Assembly (NCBI GenBank): GCA_964016885.1
Contig: OZ024745.1
Coordinates: 125,674,001-125,738,000, forward strand
Reading direction: 5' to 3'
Source of the DNA: Eledone cirrhosa
Lineage: Eukaryota
DNA length: 64,000 nucleotides
Shown piece by piece: positions 1 to 13,948 of this stretch; positions within the stretch are counted from its first letter, which is position 1, and the number at the start of each line of letters is the position of its first letter. Both the position numbers and the translations under genes were made by a program. Under the pieces are notes generated by a model. The model was not told where the DNA came from, did no database searches, and worked only from the letters and a program-made list of their open reading frames with translations.

Positions 1-88
<88 letters not shown>

Positions 89-111
89 TGCGTGTGTGTA
101 TGAATGTATTT

Positions 112-660
112 ATGTCAGGTCGCTCTTCAGCGCTAGTGGTAACATGTAAACCTGTACAACTTGTGCATGGTCGGGTCGTCTGTGACTAAACCGGCAACCC
201 CACGAAGGTTAGTGAGGAGGGGGGTTTTGGGACACGCTGCGGGACGAAAAACAAAATCCGTCAAAGGGTAAAAGGGTAGCGTAACTCAGGAGAGTCAACG
301 GCCATCCAATAAAGCTTTTCTTCTTTTTTTTGTCGAGTGAGAGACCCCTAGTCTTCATCAACACATTTCTCTAGGAGAAGGTCACTCTAATATAAAACCT
401 ACGACTTCATTTGCATTCAATGACGTAGATCAATTCTTCTTTTGGGGTAATTGCATTCGATGTTCAGTGGCCCCGTGCAAAGCATTTCCTCACTTAAAAA
501 AGCTTCAAACACAGTCATTACTTGATACGTGACATGTTCGGCGATGCATGGTAATGCTGGCCATAGGCAAATCCATAGCAGGACTAAAAAGCCACGTCCG
601 TGGCGCTCATGCTTAAGTATTAAGCGATGGCATTACTCGAAATCGAGTTGCAGCCATCAT
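112..660 (+). mobile_element. RTE-derived non-autonomous element (5'-UTR-like part joined to 3' end)
   Basis: Contains ctctaggagaaggtcactct (RTE 5'-UTR-like motif) and the remnant GKSIAGLKSHVRGAHA* (like the C-terminal C2H2 of RTE ORFs). Related copies at 8230-8530 and 49330-49635. Confidence 0.55.
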
Positions 661-985
661 GTATGTGTGTGTGCATGCGTGTTTGTGTAGATTATGTGCA
701 CGTTTGTGCGTATGTGTGAATGTGTATAAAGCCTTTGTGCGTATAATTTCAAGATTTTGTGTGTCATTGTTTCTGAAATACTAAAATCTACAATAATATT
801 GAAGCTGGCTACAACTTTTACCATTCAATGTATAAAATGTTGAGATACTCTAATGTAAATGTTTCACGTTTGGTTTTTCTTATTTCATTTCTGCACACAT
901 TTTCACGTGCATTGAAACACACACACAAACACAGATGCAGATATTTACACACATACGCATATGCACTCTTCCTCTCACACAGATA

Positions 986-1025
<40 letters not shown>

Positions 1026-1558
1026 TACACATTCCCTTTCTTTCTTTCATAAACACACACACACTCCCTCTCACACACATACTCACATATACACATACAC
1101 ACACACACATACACACTCCCTTTCTTTCTTTCTTTCATAGACACACACACACACACACACTCTCTCTCTCATACACACACAACAAAGCGCTGTTTATCTT
1201 GGTGTCTCTCCAATTGCCCTCAGGAATTTCAATTGCGCTTTCAGCATTCACCTACCCCTCGTTGTTTTCTGAGTCATTGCTTGTCTCCACCTTGAAACCA
1301 TCTGACTCACTTATGACAGCCAACACGAGGTTGCCCTTTAACAGTAATGAACGATGTATCCAGAGAAAGAAATCTACTCAACCCGCCCACCAATATTTCG
1401 ACATATGAACAACCCAATTCAATGTTGTGATATATGACCAAAACAATGCATTCGTGTAGTATAATTTAGTGTAGACATTCACAATTGATATTACATGCCC
1501 AGATACACCATTTGATATGCAAAGACTTAGATACATATACTAGCAATGACAAGAAGTA

Positions 1559-1835
1559 CAGTTGTCACCCGGTATTCGCGGCGGTTACGTTCCTAGAGCA
1601 CATGCGAAGAGTGAAAAATCGCGAATATTGGACGTGGTCCAATACGGTATATTGTTATTAATAATTTAGCGTTTAAAAAAATATATTGCCAGGAAAAGAA
1701 AAACATTAAAAAATCATGGAAGGTATTTACGATTCCGCGAATATGCGGTGGTTTCCACGAACAATTATTAGTTAGGTTCTAAAAAAAAAAAAAAAAATGC
1801 GAATAACTGGGACCGCGAATGCCGGGGGTATACTG
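1559..1835. mobile_element. Tc1/mariner (Tigger/pogo-like) MITE
   Basis: TA-CAGT..CCCGGTATTCGCG at the left and CGCGAATGCCGGGGGTATACTG-TA at the right: imperfect TIRs with TA flanks. Homologous copies at 9857 and 29201. Confidence 0.75.
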
Positions 1836-2916
1836 TATATACAAAAATATGTTACCAAAAATTAACAAATAATACGAACAAAAAATATATGAGTTCACTA
1901 CGTGTGCATTCACTAAAACAATAGCACTGTCAAGTCCAATAAATAGACAAACATAGGCACGTGGATACATGCATACACATTAATATATCAATCTATATAT
2001 AAATTTCTGCGATTCTGTCACAACACGTAAAGAGAGAGGAATAGTTTGACTACCTCAAACTACTCCTCTCTTTTTAAGTCTGCTGCCTGCGTGAATGTAT
2101 GTGTGTGTAAAAGGAAGGAAGGGGCGGTGAAAAACTACACTGCGTGTGAGTGTATGTCTGTGTTTGTGTAAATGTATGTGTGTATTTGTGTGAATCTATG
2201 TGTGTGTGTTTGTGAATGTATGTCTGTGTTGGCGCATTTATATTTATAAACGCATACATATAAATGAATGCATATGCTCATACACACACGCACGCAAATA
2301 TACACATACGAGCCAGCTTATGGAAAAAATTCTAGTATTGAAAATATTTCCAAAAATAATTTGAATCATTAGAGTGTCGGTTAGAAAATCTTGCGGCCTT
2401 TTTCCTTATATTCTTGTTTTCTTTGTTTGTTCTTTGCCTTCTGAGTTCAAATCCTACGGAAGTCAACTTTGTCCTTCATTTTTTCAAAGCAGATAAATAA
2501 AGTACAACTATTGGATGTTGGATTGACGGAATTGCTAAAGCTTTGAACAAACTTCTTTATGATATCTGGTCCGGTTGTTTGCATTTTGTGTTCAAATTCG
2601 ACCTCTTTACTTCCAGGCATTCCTGGCGGGAAACGATGATAGACTTCCAATGTTAGGTGGAATGGCGCATTGGTTGGAGCGACATATTGGTCACATCAAG
2701 CATGATATGGACATGCACTAAAGTTGGGTAAACACTAAGACAGAAAATATAGAAATTGATAATCAGACCCTCCTACTTAACACACACACACACACACACA
2801 AAAGAATACAAATGTTGTGCAGGAATGAGAAATATATGGATGTATTTCATGTTACAACGAAAATAAGTATACCTGAAACTAGAATGAAGAACTACAATTT
2901 AAAAAATAATAATGAC

Positions 2917-3323
2917 TAATCTCAGGCCTTGAATAATTCCCCCCACACCCGCTTCTTAATTCTTATATTCCCCTCTCCCGCTTTTATTCCACCCACCCGC
3001 TTTTATCCCCCCCCCCCCGGCTACCGTTTAGTAAATTTTGCTAATCTATATCCGGCGAAATTTTATTGTAAGTGATTCATATCGATACAGCAGCTACAAA
3101 ATCTAATAATTATTTTATTTTACATTAAAAAACATTATATATGACAAAAAAAAACAACAAAAAAAAAAAAACATTCCAAGAAATACCATATTTATCAACA
3201 TACACTATACAATTACTGATATCCCACCACCCCTGTTTATTTCCCACCCGCTTATAAGAATTGAAGCAAATGTCCAACCCCCAACTCTCCCCCCCCCCCC
3301 CTATTATTTGGGACCCGAGAGTA
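2917..3323. mobile_element. Degenerate Tc1/mariner-like MITE
   Basis: Imperfect ends taatctcaggccttgaataat and attatttgggacccgagagta, with internal ccc(a)cccgctt subrepeats. Confidence 0.4.
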
Positions 3324-4164
3324 TGTCTTCGAATAATGGAACAAAGCAACAAAGATGAACACTTTTAAAGTGATGACTTTTCGCACAGACATTTCTTGAA
3401 ACTGTGAGATGAATCTCATGCAGATAACCAATGATCCTGTGTGTATTTTGGGAATTGACACGAGAAGTTTGTCATTTCATCTGGAAATTATCACTGACAA
3501 TATTCCCGAGTGAGTTAATTTGGCGTAAATATGCAACTCTAACGTTTTGGTCCCTTTTTATACACTTCATGGCATATTGTCTTATTTTTTTTATTTCTGA
3601 ACCTTTAAGGCGAAAGCGTGTAGCCTGTTTGAATGTTCGGACAATTAGAATTAAACATTCAAATTATTCTAATGTTTCCTTAGTCAACCGGATATTCTCA
3701 ATGCTTAATTTATTTTATCCTTCAAAAGTCAATTCACATACTGAATTTCTTGTTAATAAAGATATAAAAATAATTTGAAACAATTACTTCATGTAATTCG
3801 ATACAATGACAGATATCATGCGGAGATTTTATATAATTTCATAGAAACAAACGAAACACGTTAGATAATATTAAGAGCGAACAATTAAAATGGTTATCAG
3901 ATGGTGCCTTTTTAATGCAAGAATAATAGACAATCGATTCTATTTTTGGAGTAAGTAGACAAAAGACAAAAGACCTTCTGAGCTAATTACAATATTATCA
4001 CTAACACAAACGTTTTGCGACGGAAAAATTGAAACAATCACACCAACAAAAATCGTATGAATATTCAGACAAGTAAATACATTGTAAAAAAAAACAACCA
4101 TTTGCTAGGAGAATATTCACCCACCGGGAGGTTTTCTCATTGTGTATACTATTATATCATCTTC

Positions 4165-4930
4165 TACACAACTTTTAACGGTGCTTTGACGAAGTCTCTC
4201 CTCCAGATCACCCCGACCAGCATTGTTGTCTGAAGTTCCATAGCCTCAAGCCTGGTGTCAAGGACATCCTTCAGTGTGATGTTTCGGCTCCCAACTCGTC
4301 TGCATACATTAGGTTTCCAGGGAAGAACTCTGCCAAGAGATTCATTGTGACGTTTCACATGTCCACTAATGCGAGCCTCCTACATCTTATGGTTTCAGAA
4401 ATGCGAGGACGTGAACCATGCAGCGATATATTCGCCACACATGCTTTGCAAAATATGCTCTCCACATTTCTCAACACTCGCGTATATGCGCCATTGTTCT
4501 TCTTAATTAAGGGGTTTTGCTAATATCTATGGCTCACAACTGTAGAGAATAGACTCGACTGCAGCTTTCGTTGCTTTATTGATCGGAGATAAAGACATCT
4601 TCGATAGAGAGTTGAGAGCCCTCCTCTCCATGACTTGCCTATCCTGGTGTTCATACCACGTTCTGTGTTAATGGAACTCCCAAGGTATGAAGAGCCATCT
4701 ACTTTTCCGAACAATATAGCGAAGGCATTTGTTTATTTGATGTTGCATTTGCCAGTATTCAAGAAGAGTCCACTCTGTGTAATATGTCCTCGACTTCTTT
4801 GGTGGTGTTTTACAAGAGAGCTAGCCATCTACATAAGCCAATTCAGGTTGAACTTCCTCCGGATGTCTGGTACTTTGCCTATTTTTCAGCGTTATCCGGT
4901 CTGTTGGTGCAATGGTATTACACAATGCAT
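4165..4930 (-). mobile_element. Degenerate RTE-clade LINE fragment (RT to C-terminus)
   Basis: Frameshifted minus-strand peptides RQSTRHPEEVQPELAYVD, YLGSSINTERGMNTRIGKSW and GHVKRHNESLGRVLPWKP..DTRLEAMELQTTM..WR. Confidence 0.75.
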
Positions 4931-5183
4931 AATCAAGGCAGATCACAAAACGGAAAGGAACGAGAAGTTCTACTTGGAGGACTATTGTATCAATAGAAAG
5001 TCTGAGTTTCCTTTGGGTGCTTTTAAAAGTGCTGAAGTATTCTCATACTTGATTTTAATTGCATTCACAATCTGAAATTTCATTAACTTTACTAGTTTAT
5101 CGAAGCCAGTAACTTTGGCGAAACTCCGAAGATAACAGTCCCTATCAATAACAAATATGTCTCAAAACCTCTTGAATGTACCT

Positions 5184-5224
<41 letters not shown>

Positions 5225-6179
5225 GGGGGGGTAGGAGTGTGTCTGTGTCTGTGTGAGTGTGTGTATATAACAAAAACAATATCCAATGTGTGCTTTCCTA
5301 AGTTATAAAATTGTAAAATGTGAAAGTACTTTGATTTCTTCTAGCTAAACCTGAACCATATTTCGCTAATTTCTTTAAAACAGCTATAAAAAAATAATGA
5401 TACTGTAGCGAAAGTTATCGAATGTGTGTAGTTTATTGAAATTACTTTAAATGATGCTGGAGAGCATATTATTTCTCGTATTTAATAACTTTTAATAATG
5501 CGACAGTGGAAGAACGTCTATGCGGTCATTCAACCTTCTAGAAATAGCAGCCATATTACCCTCGAATCACACCCTGTCATCTTAAAACGGAAGGACGCAT
5601 TGGATGATTATGTCGAATACACACTGTATCTGATAAAACAGTTTGCAGTTGGAATGCATTTGATAATAACTCTACTCGATGAAGGCTGATCTGGGATTGA
5701 TCAGTAACACCAACACATTCACTTCTAGTAATACGTGCAATACAGTGAGTCGACTAAATCAACAATTCATTTTCCCATCACAAGCGCCGTTTACAGAACT
5801 TAATATATGCCTTTTTTCGCCTATAAAATCTTTCTTGTCATCAACACTAAATGTTACATAGCTCTCCTCGGAAGAACATTCTTAAGCAATATATGAGGAA
5901 TTGATACTTTTTATCTACTTTAGTTTATTACAATATGAGCAGCAATTAATGCAATGCTAGTGAGACTAATAGCAATAAAAACTGGGTTGATCTAGTTTCT
6001 TATATTTCAAGTTTAAAAAACACAGATTTAATGTCTTGTCAAATGAAACCGTTATGAATTTACTGGATAAAATGCTCTATTTCATGTAAAACAGTATATT
6101 TAATGCAGAGGTTTGAGTAATGCTAAATGTTTTATATTTCCTAACTTCCCTTTCCACTTCCCATGACAATTCACAAGAT

Positions 6180-6320
6180 CAGAACGTCGGCGGCTCGTCT
6201 GAGGAAGGAGCCCCACGAGATGAGTTGGTTGTTGCAGCGGGTGTCGCTAGCCATTATCCGCGGCAATGATTTTGCGGTCTTGTCCGCGAGGCGCAGTCCC
6301 TTTACCAACCCGCCCTAGGC
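6180..6320 (+). mobile_element. RLE-type (CRE-like) non-LTR retrotransposon 3' fragment
   Basis: AARLRKEPHEMSWLLQRVSLAIIRGNDFAVL matches the L-QR-S-A--RGN C-terminal motif. Confidence 0.65.
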
Positions 6321-6935
6321 CCAGAACCCAATCACCCTCACTCTCCTCCTCCCCATTCTTCTGAGACACTAGAGTCCTTGCCATTCCCTCCCCCTTTTTC
6401 CATTTTATTTTTTTTTTTTTCATATTTTCCTATTTTACATTCCATTCTTCCTTCATAATCTAAATTTTCTTTTTTTCTTTTTCTATTAAATTGTATTTAC
6501 ATTATATATTTCATAAATAAATAATTATATACGTTATGAAACAAAAAAATAATTCGCAGCAAGGTGTAGCAATGTTTGGTTTTATCAAATGGTTAAAATA
6601 AGTATCATTCATGTCGTGTGTGGACAGCAGTTTTATAAATATACTTTCTTCTGTAGATAAAATGAAATAATAATTGTATGAGTATGAGTTAAGATCTGTA
6701 CATGTCAACGCGTGGCACTATATACTTTAGTTATGCTAGATCCAGAAAGACCAAAGATGAGAGTCGAATATGTTTGTTGATCTAATCAAAGCATTTATTT
6801 ATATCTCCGAATATATATGATTGGAACAATTTTCCTCGTGGGTCCAGCTAAATCAATTGGAGGTGGTTGCTTCTAACAGGGCCTACTGGAAGGCATGCTT
6901 GAATATTTTGCCCGTACGACCATCCCAGGAATAAT

Positions 6936-7152
6936 AATAATTTCTAGTATAGGCAAAAGGCCAGTAATTTGGTGGGAGGGAAAGTCGATTAAATCAACCC
7001 CAGTACATTACTGGTGCTTTTTTTATCGACCTCGTAAGGATGAAAGGCAAAGCTAACCTCGGCGGGGTTTGAACTCCGACCGTAAAGGGCCGTAACTCTA
7101 TGCTGCAAAGCATGGTGTCCGACACTCTAGCGATACAGCCAATCCACCACCC
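6936..7152 (-). mobile_element. tRNA-derived MetaSINE (long-tail subfamily)
   Basis: A-box-like tggctgtatcgct, B-box gagttcaaacccc and Meta-like core gcctttcatccttacgaggtcgataaaa; many copies in the window. Confidence 0.85.
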
Positions 7153-8229
7153 TTAATAACAAGATGAAGAAAAAGAAAAAGAAAAAGAGAAAAAGAAAAA
7201 GAAAAAGAAAAAGAAAAAGAAAAAGAAAAAAAGAAGAAAAAGGAGGAGGGGGAGAGGAGGCGAGGGACACTTTTTCTAAATTTACAGTACATCTTTTTAA
7301 CGGCAAACGTTTTCTTCCTATATTGAAAGTGATAACTATTCTTAACAGACGAGAGGAAGTTTTTCTTAGTATTTATCAACCAACACATCACAGGGCCTCC
7401 TACCCTTAATGAAACGTCTTAAGATGTACGAAATAAACAGAAATATGTCAATTGTGTGTGTGTGTGTGTGTTTGTGTGTGCGTATGTGTGTGTTTGTGTG
7501 TGTTCTTTTGGCGGGGAACAAGCCGTTCAATAAATGTATTGGGTTGTAACATTATGGCAGGACATTCATTAGAGTAGATGGTTTAGTCACTTCATTCGAG
7601 GTACAATACCTGACAGGTTAATATTTCATCAGACACGGAAGGATGAAATGTAAAGTCAACCCAAATTGGAAAATGCCCTCAGAATGCAATAAGAAATGTG
7701 ACCACCTCTACATGTTTTTTCTTTTTATTCCTAACCTCCGTCTGTTCTGTGAATGATTGGGCTTGAACATTCGATATTCTAACGATGATATAACTAAAAA
7801 AAATCTATGCCAAGAAATCAATATATTTATAATTGGAATAACAACTTTAATACACGGATGAATATTAGCTCGTGATCATACAAAAATCACATAAATATTT
7901 ATGTAGTAACTAGAAGTTGAAGTTTAGTAGATGTTGACATTTGAAATAATTTTCAAAATATGTTGACTATTCGTCACCAACTACGAATTTGGTGAAGACA
8001 TTTATTACTTCCTGTTCTATTTTATTTCTATCTAAAAATTACGAAAGAACTTTAATGTGATTTTTGTGTGTTTTGTTTGTGTTTTGTTTATCTAAAAACA
8101 ACTCAGAAAGTGATTTGCAACTCAATCATCTAAGGCTGGAAAACATCTATCGAGGGCAACTAATTTGTGTTTTAAGATGATAGGATTTGTGTGTGTATGT
8201 ATGTGTGTATGTATGTAGCTATGTAGTTA

Positions 8230-8530
8230 TGTCAGTTTGCTCTCGAGTGCTATTAGTAACATATAACCCAGTACAACCTGTATCTTGGTCGGGTCGTTGG
8301 CGAGTAAACCGGCAACCCCACCAAGCTTTCTTGGTGAGGAGGATGATATTTGAACACCCTGCAGGCTGAAATACAAGACCCGGCAAAGAGCCCCCCCCCC
8401 CCAAAAAAAAACCCTGCAGCTTCGGAAGCATCCGATGATGTGACCAGTTCTCCTTTTCGGGGAGTGTTTTCGATGCTCAGAAAGTGGGATTGGTCGAGTG
8501 CAAGGCCTTTCCCCCACTTAAAAGACCTTC
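8230..8530 (+). mobile_element. Diverged copy of the RTE-derived element at 112-660
   Basis: Aligns by eye with 112-270 and about 430-505 (tggtcgggtcgt..taaaccggcaacccca; ttcgatgctcag..gtgcaaggcctttcccccacttaaaa). Confidence 0.6.
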
Positions 8531-8550
8531 AAAGCACAGACATTGCTTTT

Positions 8551-8660
8551 TCAGGATATGTTACAGGTTCCCAGGGCCCCAATAATCACAGGCATAAGTC
8601 TGAAGGTATAGTCAGAGTGGAGCTGGAGCATCTGCAGATTTCTCATTAGTTCTGCATATA
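8551..8660 (-). mobile_element. RLE-type (R4/Dong-like) non-LTR fragment
   Basis: YAELMRNLQML..DYTFRLMPVIIGALG matches the Y--L--E/NL...PVVIGALG endonuclease-region motif. Confidence 0.55.
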
Positions 8661-9856
8661 TATATATAATTTTTTTTTTTTTTTTTTTTGGGGGGGGGGG
8701 GGTCGTTTTGGAAGCCTCAACAATGCAGATGGGTAAATCTCCGGGTAACAAAATCCGGTGGTGAAGAGAGAGATGTAAGGGAGTGTAGAATGAGATGTAT
8801 AGTGTGTAGAGGAACGTAGGAAAGAACGTAAAAAATAAAAATAACAACACGAGATAGAGTTACCTTGGGAGAGATTTAATTGTCCCTATATTTCGGATTT
8901 GCATCCATCAACTGGGGTGGGAGGGGGGGGGGGGGGGTCCGGGGGGAAAGTTATCTGTCGGAGAGGAACGGTACGTGTCCTATGTTGTCCGATGTTTGTG
9001 TGTAACTCAATATATATTCTTCATCGCTCGGGAGGGACGTGTGATATGAATGAGAGAATATGCTGATTCGATGTTGAAACTCCGATATAGTGAGAAAGTG
9101 AACAATTTGCTTCAAATGAAACACACACAAGCACACACATACACGCACGCACGAACACGCGCAAACACGTATACAGGCACACATATTTAAGTATGGATAT
9201 ATAATTTACTATAGAATTTACATAATTAAAGTATCATTTCAGTCAATACACACACATTGCTGTATTAACTTTTCGTTTATTTCTTTATAAATTAAAAGGG
9301 AATCCAATTTTTAGGCGTGCTAAAATGTCTCTTCCGCAATGTAATTGTTTTAGTTTCATAACAAGGCCGCTTAAAAAGTCATTTATAACAGGAGAATGAT
9401 GTTGAATTATACAAGAGTGACAGTTTTGCACTCCTTTCAGGAAATAAACATTCCTTTTCTGCTGAACTTCATATTTACTTGTTTATACAGACACAAACCA
9501 TCACCGTTCTCCCAAAACCCTAGTAGCCATTTGGACATTTTTACCGAAATAATTAATAACAGCCTAAACCAAAAATATTTAAAGTAATTTTTTTAAAAAT
9601 TGATTAGTACACTAATATCAAATATCACCAAATAACAAAATTTTGCCGGTATTTTTTGTCGAATTCAGAAATGTTTGTGGTTAAATTTTCGTTAAATCAG
9701 AAAACCAGTTGTTAAAATTTGGTCACCTCACCAATGAGTTCAGGAATTTGTGGATAGGTGGCAATGTTGTGATCGTACATGTAGGGTTAGTTACAGATAA
9801 TATCGGGAAACCTTTCGCTTGGTTTATTATCAAAAGCAATCTATTTCATACATAGA

Positions 9857-10205
9857 CTGTACTCTCGGCATCGGGGTCTCGGTTATACACGGAATTTTCC
9901 GTAGAACCTAACTAATAATTGTTTGGAAACCTCCGCATATTCGCGGAATCGTAAATACCTTACGCGATTTTTAATTGCTTTTTTCGTGGCAATATATATG
10001 TTTTTAACGTTAAATTATTAATAGCAATATAATGCATTTGCCGGCCCCTTCGCATAAGACGCTCCCTTTTTTTTTTATTATATTTAACGTTATATTTTGC
10101 TGTGTGTAGGCATTTTTTATTATGGACCTCATCCGATATTCGCGGGTTTTCACTCTTTGTGGGTGCTCTAGGAACGTAACCCCTGCGAATAACGAGGGAC
10201 AACTG
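9857..10205. mobile_element. Tigger/pogo-like MITE (inverted copy of 1559-1835)
   Basis: Reverse-complement similarity, ending gcgaataacgagggacaactg-ta. Confidence 0.7.
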
Positions 10206-10478
10206 TATTAGAATAATATAATGATGAGAAACCCGTGGAAATGAGCATGACCAGGTATCTTACAGTATGGAGATGAATAAGCATATGTAATGTCAATTTA
10301 CGATATGAAAATATCTCGTTGTTTATTCCTGATAGCCACCTCTGCGATACTCAAGTAAATAGTCCCGTAGAAGTCACTTCTATATAAAATGAATATGCTT
10401 ATTCCCTATTAACGTTTTGCGTACCTTATATAAATAAATGTAGTTATTTCACCTTCCCCCTTCAGGATACCATCTTTA

Positions 10479-10562
<84 letters not shown>

Positions 10563-10584
10563 TCAGCAACTGCGCGGGTCCACC

Positions 10585-10830
10585 GATTATCGGTGAACCG
10601 GGCGACATGTCCAGCCCATCTGAACTTGCTGCGCATATATTCTGTGATGGCGTCTCTCACGCCGGGCTTCTGTCTGATGACTTCGCTCCTGATATGCTCT
10701 CTCTACGAGATTCCTAGCATTGATCTCTCCATGGCTCTTTGAGCCGTTACCAGCCTCTGCTCTTCTGTCTTCGTTGTAGCCCAAGTTTCACTGCCATATA
10801 ACATTGTAGGTAAAACATTTGGAAACACTG
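10585..10830 (-). mobile_element. RTE-clade LINE fragment
   Basis: VLPTMLYGSETWATTKTEEQRLVTAQRAMERSMLGIS*REHIRSEVIRQKPGVRDAITEYMRSKFRWAGHVAR: typical RTE post-RT region with one stop. Confidence 0.88.
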
Positions 10831-11033
10831 CTTTGAAAGATTGAGACGTATCAGAGTCAGGTTCGATCATCGCATAGATCGTGCCTCGAGCTGGTCGCCA
10901 GAGAAACGATTGTTATATGTCTAAGAAATTTTAATTCGTCGCACCACTGATTCTCCGTTTCTTATGTGATATTATACTCTGCTCTGTAAGAGCATCGAGT
11001 GCTCATACGGACCCTTTAAGCATCCCATACCAA

Positions 11034-11064
<31 letters not shown>

Positions 11065-11212
11065 TGTATGTATGTTTGTGTGTATGTGTGTGTGTGTGTG
11101 TGTTATAGAAATGGCTTCTCCATGACTAGAACTGTTTCATTCGGGAGAAATCATGATTTATACTTGAGTACTTTACTTACCGTGGTTACCCCCGATTGAA
11201 CCCGGGATAAAC

Positions 11213-11269
<57 letters not shown>

Positions 11270-12051
11270 GAAATTGATGACAATAAAAATAGATTCATAC
11301 AATTCGCTACATATGCTATAAAAAGAAAAGCTGTACACAAACACCACCAACGTAAATCCACCTACACAGAACTGCATAAGAAAGTAAATGTACAGTTATT
11401 TGCAAAAATAAATGCACCCTCTTCCCTGAGCCATCTGCCAAGTTTCTACTGCCAGTTTTTAAATATCCTTGACACACTTTCAGCAGCCAAAAACAATGTG
11501 AAACGAATCAGCAGCTACCTCATTAATGGCCGAGAAAAGCATATATAAACACAGGTACTATTTTTGTGTTAAAATAGACACGCACCTTAGGCCCACCTGA
11601 GTATAATAATAGCCGTATGATTCCGCCAACTGCAAATATAAGCAAAGAAAACTTCCTCTCCAGTTTCTTTGCAGAGCATTTTCTAACAGGAACAAGAAAT
11701 ACTCCTACTTCACTAATTCATCATAACATTTTTTTTTTTTCGCAACGTTAGAAATAAATCAAATGTATTGTAGAAGGGTTATTTTAGCCATTCAAAAACA
11801 AAATTTGTTTACTTTACCAAGAAATAAAGGATAAATATGAATTAAGGTGATTTGGTGGTTAAAATGACTTTTCCATAGTAACTAAGGCAAACATTGCAAA
11901 TCACACGTGTGTACCTCCGTACACCTCACGAGACTATGGATCAGCACATGGGAAGTTCCTCTCGATTGCACGAGCCTAGCCAAGGTTTATTTTTATTGAA
12001 GATCAACAAGTGTTCTTTCACTCAAGTATCTCCCCACCTCTCTCTTTCTCT

Positions 12052-12134
<83 letters not shown>

Positions 12135-12331
12135 TATACTCTTTTACTCTTTTACCTGTTTCAGCCATCCGGCTGAGGCCATGTATATATATATATTAAG
12201 ATTCACTCCTGTATATATATATATTAAGATTCACTCCTGCCGTTTCAAGCGTTAAACTATTAAATTTCTTCTATGTACTGTGCCGTTTGTTTCAGCATTT
12301 TTTTTATTTGTGTTCACCTTTTACACACAGA

Positions 12332-12394
<63 letters not shown>

Positions 12395-12481
12395 ATGTGT
12401 ATGTCTATGTATATGTGTGTGTGTGTGTGGTGTGTGGTGTGTGGTGTGTGGTGTGTGGTGTGTGGTGTGTGTGGTGTGTGT

Positions 12482-12524
<43 letters not shown>

Positions 12525-12824
12525 ATATGTACATAATTACATATGGATTCATACTCTTCAAAATGGCTAACTACACGTGTGGTTTCCTTCTGTAAACATT
12601 TACACACACATGATGTCATTCTTTTCTTAATCTCTTTTATCCTATTTTGTCTTTTAAACACGATCTCTTCTTTCTTTCATTCTATCCTCCGACGAAGGAC
12701 TAACGTTCATAACGTTAAGGCTTTTTTTCTACTATATTAAACATTAAACTACTATATATCCTCATTGTATAATATGATTCCCTAGTGCTTTTTTCCTTAT
12801 TGATTGTTCTTATATATATATGCA

Positions 12825-12920
<96 letters not shown>

Positions 12921-12922
<2 letters not shown>

Positions 12923-13105
12923 ACAGATTAAAGTTTAAGCAAAGAATCGCTGCTTTCACCCTTAACGGGATCTTCAGAAACCAACAAAAACGATCTGATT
13001 GACTTTGTTAGTTTCAGAGGATCCCGTTAAGGGTGAAAGCAGCGATTCTTTGCTTAAACTTTAATCTGTTATTTTAATAAATATTTACTCGACGGTTCTT
13101 ATATA
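12921..13105. repeat. Fold-back element beside (TA)n with hammerhead-like core (Penelope-like remnant)
   Basis: Arms about 12921-12988 and 13004-13071; minus strand reads CTGAAGA tccc-gttaa-gggt GAAA. Single-arm copy at 23052-23145. Confidence 0.7.
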
Positions 13106-13167
13106 TTTGATATATATTTATCCTTATCGAGCCCTCTTTGGATTTGAGTCTTCAAATTTATTATTAT

Positions 13168-13214
<47 letters not shown>

Positions 13215-13218
<4 letters not shown>

Positions 13219-13630
13219 CCAGGGGTTGTAACTTGGAGTTACTGCAGGTTCATCCAGGTTTGCACTCGATGTTTAGGTTCACTTCTGTGTTGAGGTGTAG
13301 AGCTATACAGAGTGTAATATATTGAAAGGATAACAAGGAAGATTGGTTACTCCTTCATTACATTTATTCATTTATTGGTAGGTGACGCGCGTTTCGCCAC
13401 TGATCAGCTCAAGGTTCGATCTGTATCGATCTTACCCTACTTTATAATCGGCAGCTCGACGGACCCTTTAAAAATGCTAGTAGAAAAAGGGTCCGTCGAG
13501 CTGCCGATTATAGAGTCGGGTAAGATCGATACAGATCGAACATTGAGCTGATCAGTGGCGAAACGCGCGTCACCTACCAATAAATATAATGAAGGAGTAA
13601 CCAATCGTCCTTGTTATCTTTTCAATATAA
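13215..13630. repeat. Fold-back element between (TA)n runs (Penelope-like remnant)
   Basis: ~150-bp arms at 13318-13469 and 13487-13629 with a short spacer; carries gcGAAACGCGCGTCa. Diverged single arm at 31280-31408. Confidence 0.75.
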
Positions 13631-13690
13631 TATATATATATGTATATATGTATATATGTATATATGTATATATGTATATATGTATATATG

Positions 13691-13764
<74 letters not shown>

Positions 13765-13784
13765 TGTATTTATATATATGTATA

Positions 13785-13948
13785 ATTGTTTCTACTTTTG
13801 GCACAAGGCCAGCAATTATCCCAGTATATTACTGGTACTTTATTTTATCGCCCCCTCCCCTTCCCTTTCATCCTTACAGAGTCGATAAAATAAAGTACCA
13901 GTAATGCACTGGAGTAATTGCTGGCCCTGTGCCAAAAGTAGAAACAAT
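13785..13948. mobile_element. Two MetaSINE 3' halves joined head-to-head (palindromic)
   Basis: attgtttctacttttggcac at the left end and gtgccaaaagtagaaacaat at the right end. Confidence 0.85.

Noticed and set aside
1190-1410. Non-repetitive stretch as a candidate exon
   Set aside because: No ADAMTS-like motif or consistent splice sites were recognised.
8951-9110. Possible ADAMTS exon 3 (HRISIFSHSYHTSLPSDEEYILSY)
   Set aside because: Lacks the expected G-I...Y-IEP motif and a clear donor; more likely a repeat remnant.
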